From: Candidatus Krumholzibacteriia bacterium
Lineage (GTDB): Bacteria > Krumholzibacteriota > Krumholzibacteriia > WVZY01
Reading direction: 5' to 3'
NCBI GenBank assembly: GCA_036478295.1
Contig: JAZGDW010000286.1
Coordinates: forward strand, 1-19,414
DNA: 19,414 nucleotides
Under the pieces are notes generated by a model. The model did no database searches. It was not told where the DNA came from and saw only the letters and a program-made list of their open reading frames with translations. The position numbers and the translations under genes are program-made. Positions 17,352 through 19,414 of the stretch are shown in pieces. Within the stretch, counting starts at the first letter, position 1. Each line of letters opens with the position of its first letter.

Positions 17352-17972
17352 TCACCGGTAGCGCCGGCACAGGCCGACCACCACTCCGACCACGTCGCCC
17401 GCCCTCCACTCGTTCCTCTTGCCGTAGTTCGCAATCAGCGGTTCGAGCTTTCGTCCGCCCCCCACCCTGGCCAGCACCTGTCGCGACGCCACCGACGCCA
17501 CCACGATCCTCCCCACTCCAGCCGTGCCCGCTTGCTCGACTACCAGCGTATCACCGCTGCGAATGCCCTCGGGCTCGAGCGTGTTCCCGCGCACCCGCAG
17601 CGCGTAGACCCCCGGCCCTCTTGCCAGGTCGGGCGGCACCCCGACCTCTGCACCGCCGCCGCCCATGTTGACACACCCGCCCGCGGACACCGTTCCCATG
17701 AGGGGAACCACCCGTGTCATTCCCCCATCCAGCGCGCGCGGCACCAGCACAATGGAACGGGCCCGGTTCCACCCGCGCTCCACATAGCCTTTCTCGATCA
17801 GACGGGTGACGTGCTCGTGGACCGTGCTCACCGCGGCCAGGCCGAGATGTCCGCGGATATCGTCGAGCGTCGGCCCGATGCCCTCGCTCGTCGTGAACGC
17901 GGCGATGAAATTCAGAACCTGCCGCTGGCGCCTTGTCAGCGGCGGCAACATGCGGCCGGAAGCTTTTGCCAT
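17352..17972 (-). CDS. lexA: LexA-like repressor with degenerate S24 peptidase domain
   Basis: LTRRQRQVLNFI...GPTLDDI...STVHEHVTRLIEKGY winged HTH; VPLMGTVSAG cleavage loop; ALRVRGNTL; GDTLVV; VGVVVGLCR C-terminus; catalytic Ser and Lys substituted. Confidence 0.85.
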   Translation of the reverse strand: MAKASGRMLPPLTRRQRQVLNFIAAFTTSEGIGPTLDDIRGHLGLAAVSTVHEHVTRLIEKGYVERGWNRARSIVLVPRALDGGMTRVVPLMGTVSAGGCVNMGGGGAEVGVPPDLARGPGVYALRVRGNTLEPEGIRSGDTLVVEQAGTAGVGRIVVASVASRQVLARVGGGRKLEPLIANYGKRNEWRAGDVVGVVVGLCRRYR

Positions 17973-18195
17973 GTCCCGCACCTTTCGTTGCGCAGGCATT
18001 GTCGCCGCGCCCGGTACGCAGAATAAAGCAACATGCGGGCGGAGGCCAGGCAAAAAGCAGCACCCGTTCACTTTAAGTCAACGCGGTAACATTAAGTAGA
18101 ATCGCTTGTTGGAGAGTTTCGTGTAGACCGGTCGCGTCGTCATTTTCACCGCCGTCACAGCGTCGACCGTGCGCCGCACTTCCCTGCCGAATGTC

Positions 18196-18534
18196 TCAGG
18201 AGGCGGAGGTCTCTTTAGGACTGACAACCATTTCGCAGACCCGGTCATCGCGGGCCAGGACGATACAGACACTGTCGGTCATGTCATAATTGGCGAGCGC
18301 CTCCCGGATCTCGTCCAGCGGAAAGCGCTGCGTCACCACTGCCTCCTCCCACACGACCACTTCCTCCACCTTCCGTCTTTTCTGCACGATAACGACCGCA
18401 CATCTCATGGACACGCCATGGAAATCGCGCACCGTTTCCATGATGCGGGGATTGGTGATTATCGCGTAGACGAGCTGGCCCGCGGCGGGCGTTTCGGTTT
18501 CATCCAGGGGCGTGTAGGTTGGATTGTCTGACAT
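18196..18534 (-). CDS. hypothetical protein
   Basis: SD GGGAG before ATG; globular alpha/beta-like composition; co-oriented with its neighbours. Confidence 0.65.
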   Translation of the reverse strand: MSDNPTYTPLDETETPAAGQLVYAIITNPRIMETVRDFHGVSMRCAVVIVQKRRKVEEVVVWEEAVVTQRFPLDEIREALANYDMTDSVCIVLARDDRVCEMVVSPKETSAS

Positions 18535-18703
18535 GGTTCAGCTCCCGTTGGGTGTCGCCCCGGCGCACCATACGCGGGGGACGGGTCACCCCAATACGGA
18601 GCAAGAAGGGTTCCAACTGGCGCCGGGTCCTCACGCTTCGGTGGGCCGCCGCGATCCCGCGGGTGGTTGCGTCCGGGTCGTCTCAGTACGAGTCTCCAGG
18701 TTC

Positions 18704-19414
18704 CTAGAAGACGACGATCATGACGCTCTGGTTGACGGCGGTCTCACCATCCCGGGCGTACACATCACCCAGACCGTAAAACCCCGCTATCCGGCTGTTT
18801 ATCTGCGGAGGTTCCCAGCCGATCCACATCGCCTGGATCTTCTCCGGTGCCACCCCGAGCTCGATCAACGCTTGTTGTACGGCCAGGGCCCGCCGCTGTG
18901 ACAGTTCGCGGTTGTACAGCTTGTCGCCGACGCGGCTCGCCCGGCCTACCAAAAGCACGCGGGCATGGGGATCGCGCGCGAGTTCCTCCGCGACGGTTGC
19001 AAAGCCAGCCCCCGCATTCGGCGGGATCCGATCGCTGTTGTAGCCGAAGAATACGCTCCGTGGACCGAGCTGGCTCACCGCCTCGATGTGGCACGTCTCC
19101 AGTCCAACGACCAATGGCTGGCACCACTCCTGACAATCCACCACGTGGCGAAAAAACGCCCCGTAGGTCCGGCCCTCCCTGGCCGCGGACTCCCGCATTT
19201 CGCGGACGTGCGTGATACCTTGCGTCAACGCCTCGTCCCTGGACATTTCCGGATGGTGCCGCATCATCGCCTCTGCGGCGTGCTGCAAGACGATCTTGTA
19301 ACATTCGTCGCTGATCGCCGGATTATTATCGGCGAGCAGCACCAGATCGAAATCGGTGTGTCCGGGGTCGGCGACGATAACGCTGTCCAGCGACGGGTCC
19401 CGCGCGTAGGGCAG
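18704..19414 (-). CDS. OmpA-like C-terminal domain protein, partial (start lies beyond the right edge)
   Basis: VFFGYNSDRI...LLVGRASRVG...YNRELSQRRALAVQQALIELGV...IGWEPP; frame is open through position 19414. Confidence 0.82.
   Translation of the reverse strand: MPYARDPSLDSVIVADPGHTDFDLVLLADNNPAISDECYKIVLQHAAEAMMRHHPEMSRDEALTQGITHVREMRESAAREGRTYGAFFRHVVDCQEWCQPLVVGLETCHIEAVSQLGPRSVFFGYNSDRIPPNAGAGFATVAEELARDPHARVLLVGRASRVGDKLYNRELSQRRALAVQQALIELGVAPEKIQAMWIGWEPPQINSRIAGFYGLGDVYARDGETAVNQSVMIVVF

Noticed and set aside
17278..17409. N-terminal extension of the NYN ORF overlapping lexA (possible fusion or frameshift)
   Set aside because: The extension is low-complexity Arg/Gly/Pro; lexA ends at its normal C-terminus; a GTG with SD exists at 17277; no slippery site is apparent.
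17973..18195. SOS box or sigma54 promoter upstream of the lexA-like gene
   Set aside because: No GAAC-N4-GTTC or CTGT-N8-ACAG seen; the TGGC...TTGC spacing does not fit -24/-12.

Overview
GC-rich bacterial chromosomal segment, mostly envelope and housekeeping genes. In order: a partial HNH endonuclease (-), an nfeD-stomatin/SPFH pair, a two-repeat hypothetical protein, a TPR lipoprotein, a small WxxGxW-repeat lipoprotein behind a consensus sigma54 promoter, a secreted hypothetical protein, an M1 aminopeptidase with a FlgD-Ig/T9SS-like C-terminal domain, a bifunctional homocysteine S-methyltransferase/MTHFR (YitJ-like), a small secreted beta-rich protein, a GWxTD-family TPR lipoprotein, a Pro-rich membrane protein, a CDP-alcohol phosphatidyltransferase, a TonB-C protein, an FG-GAP-like protein, mdh, a YacP-like NYN nuclease, a LexA-like repressor lacking its catalytic Ser/Lys, a hypothetical protein and a partial OmpA-like protein. 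The gene mix suggests an FCB-related candidate phylum (inference only). No rRNA, tRNA, CRISPR array or transposase was recognised. The most interesting signals are non-coding: (1) a candidate stand-alone ~85-nt sRNA with its own promoter and terminator at ~13029-13110, whose promoter shares its -35 with a divergent promoter; (2) a ~165-nt leader with three AGGCA-loop hairpins at ~9667-9832; (3) a 5-copy 26/27-bp repeat array at 10289-10414. The apparently non-autocleavable LexA next to an NYN RNase also stands out. All calls were made by eye, without database searches.
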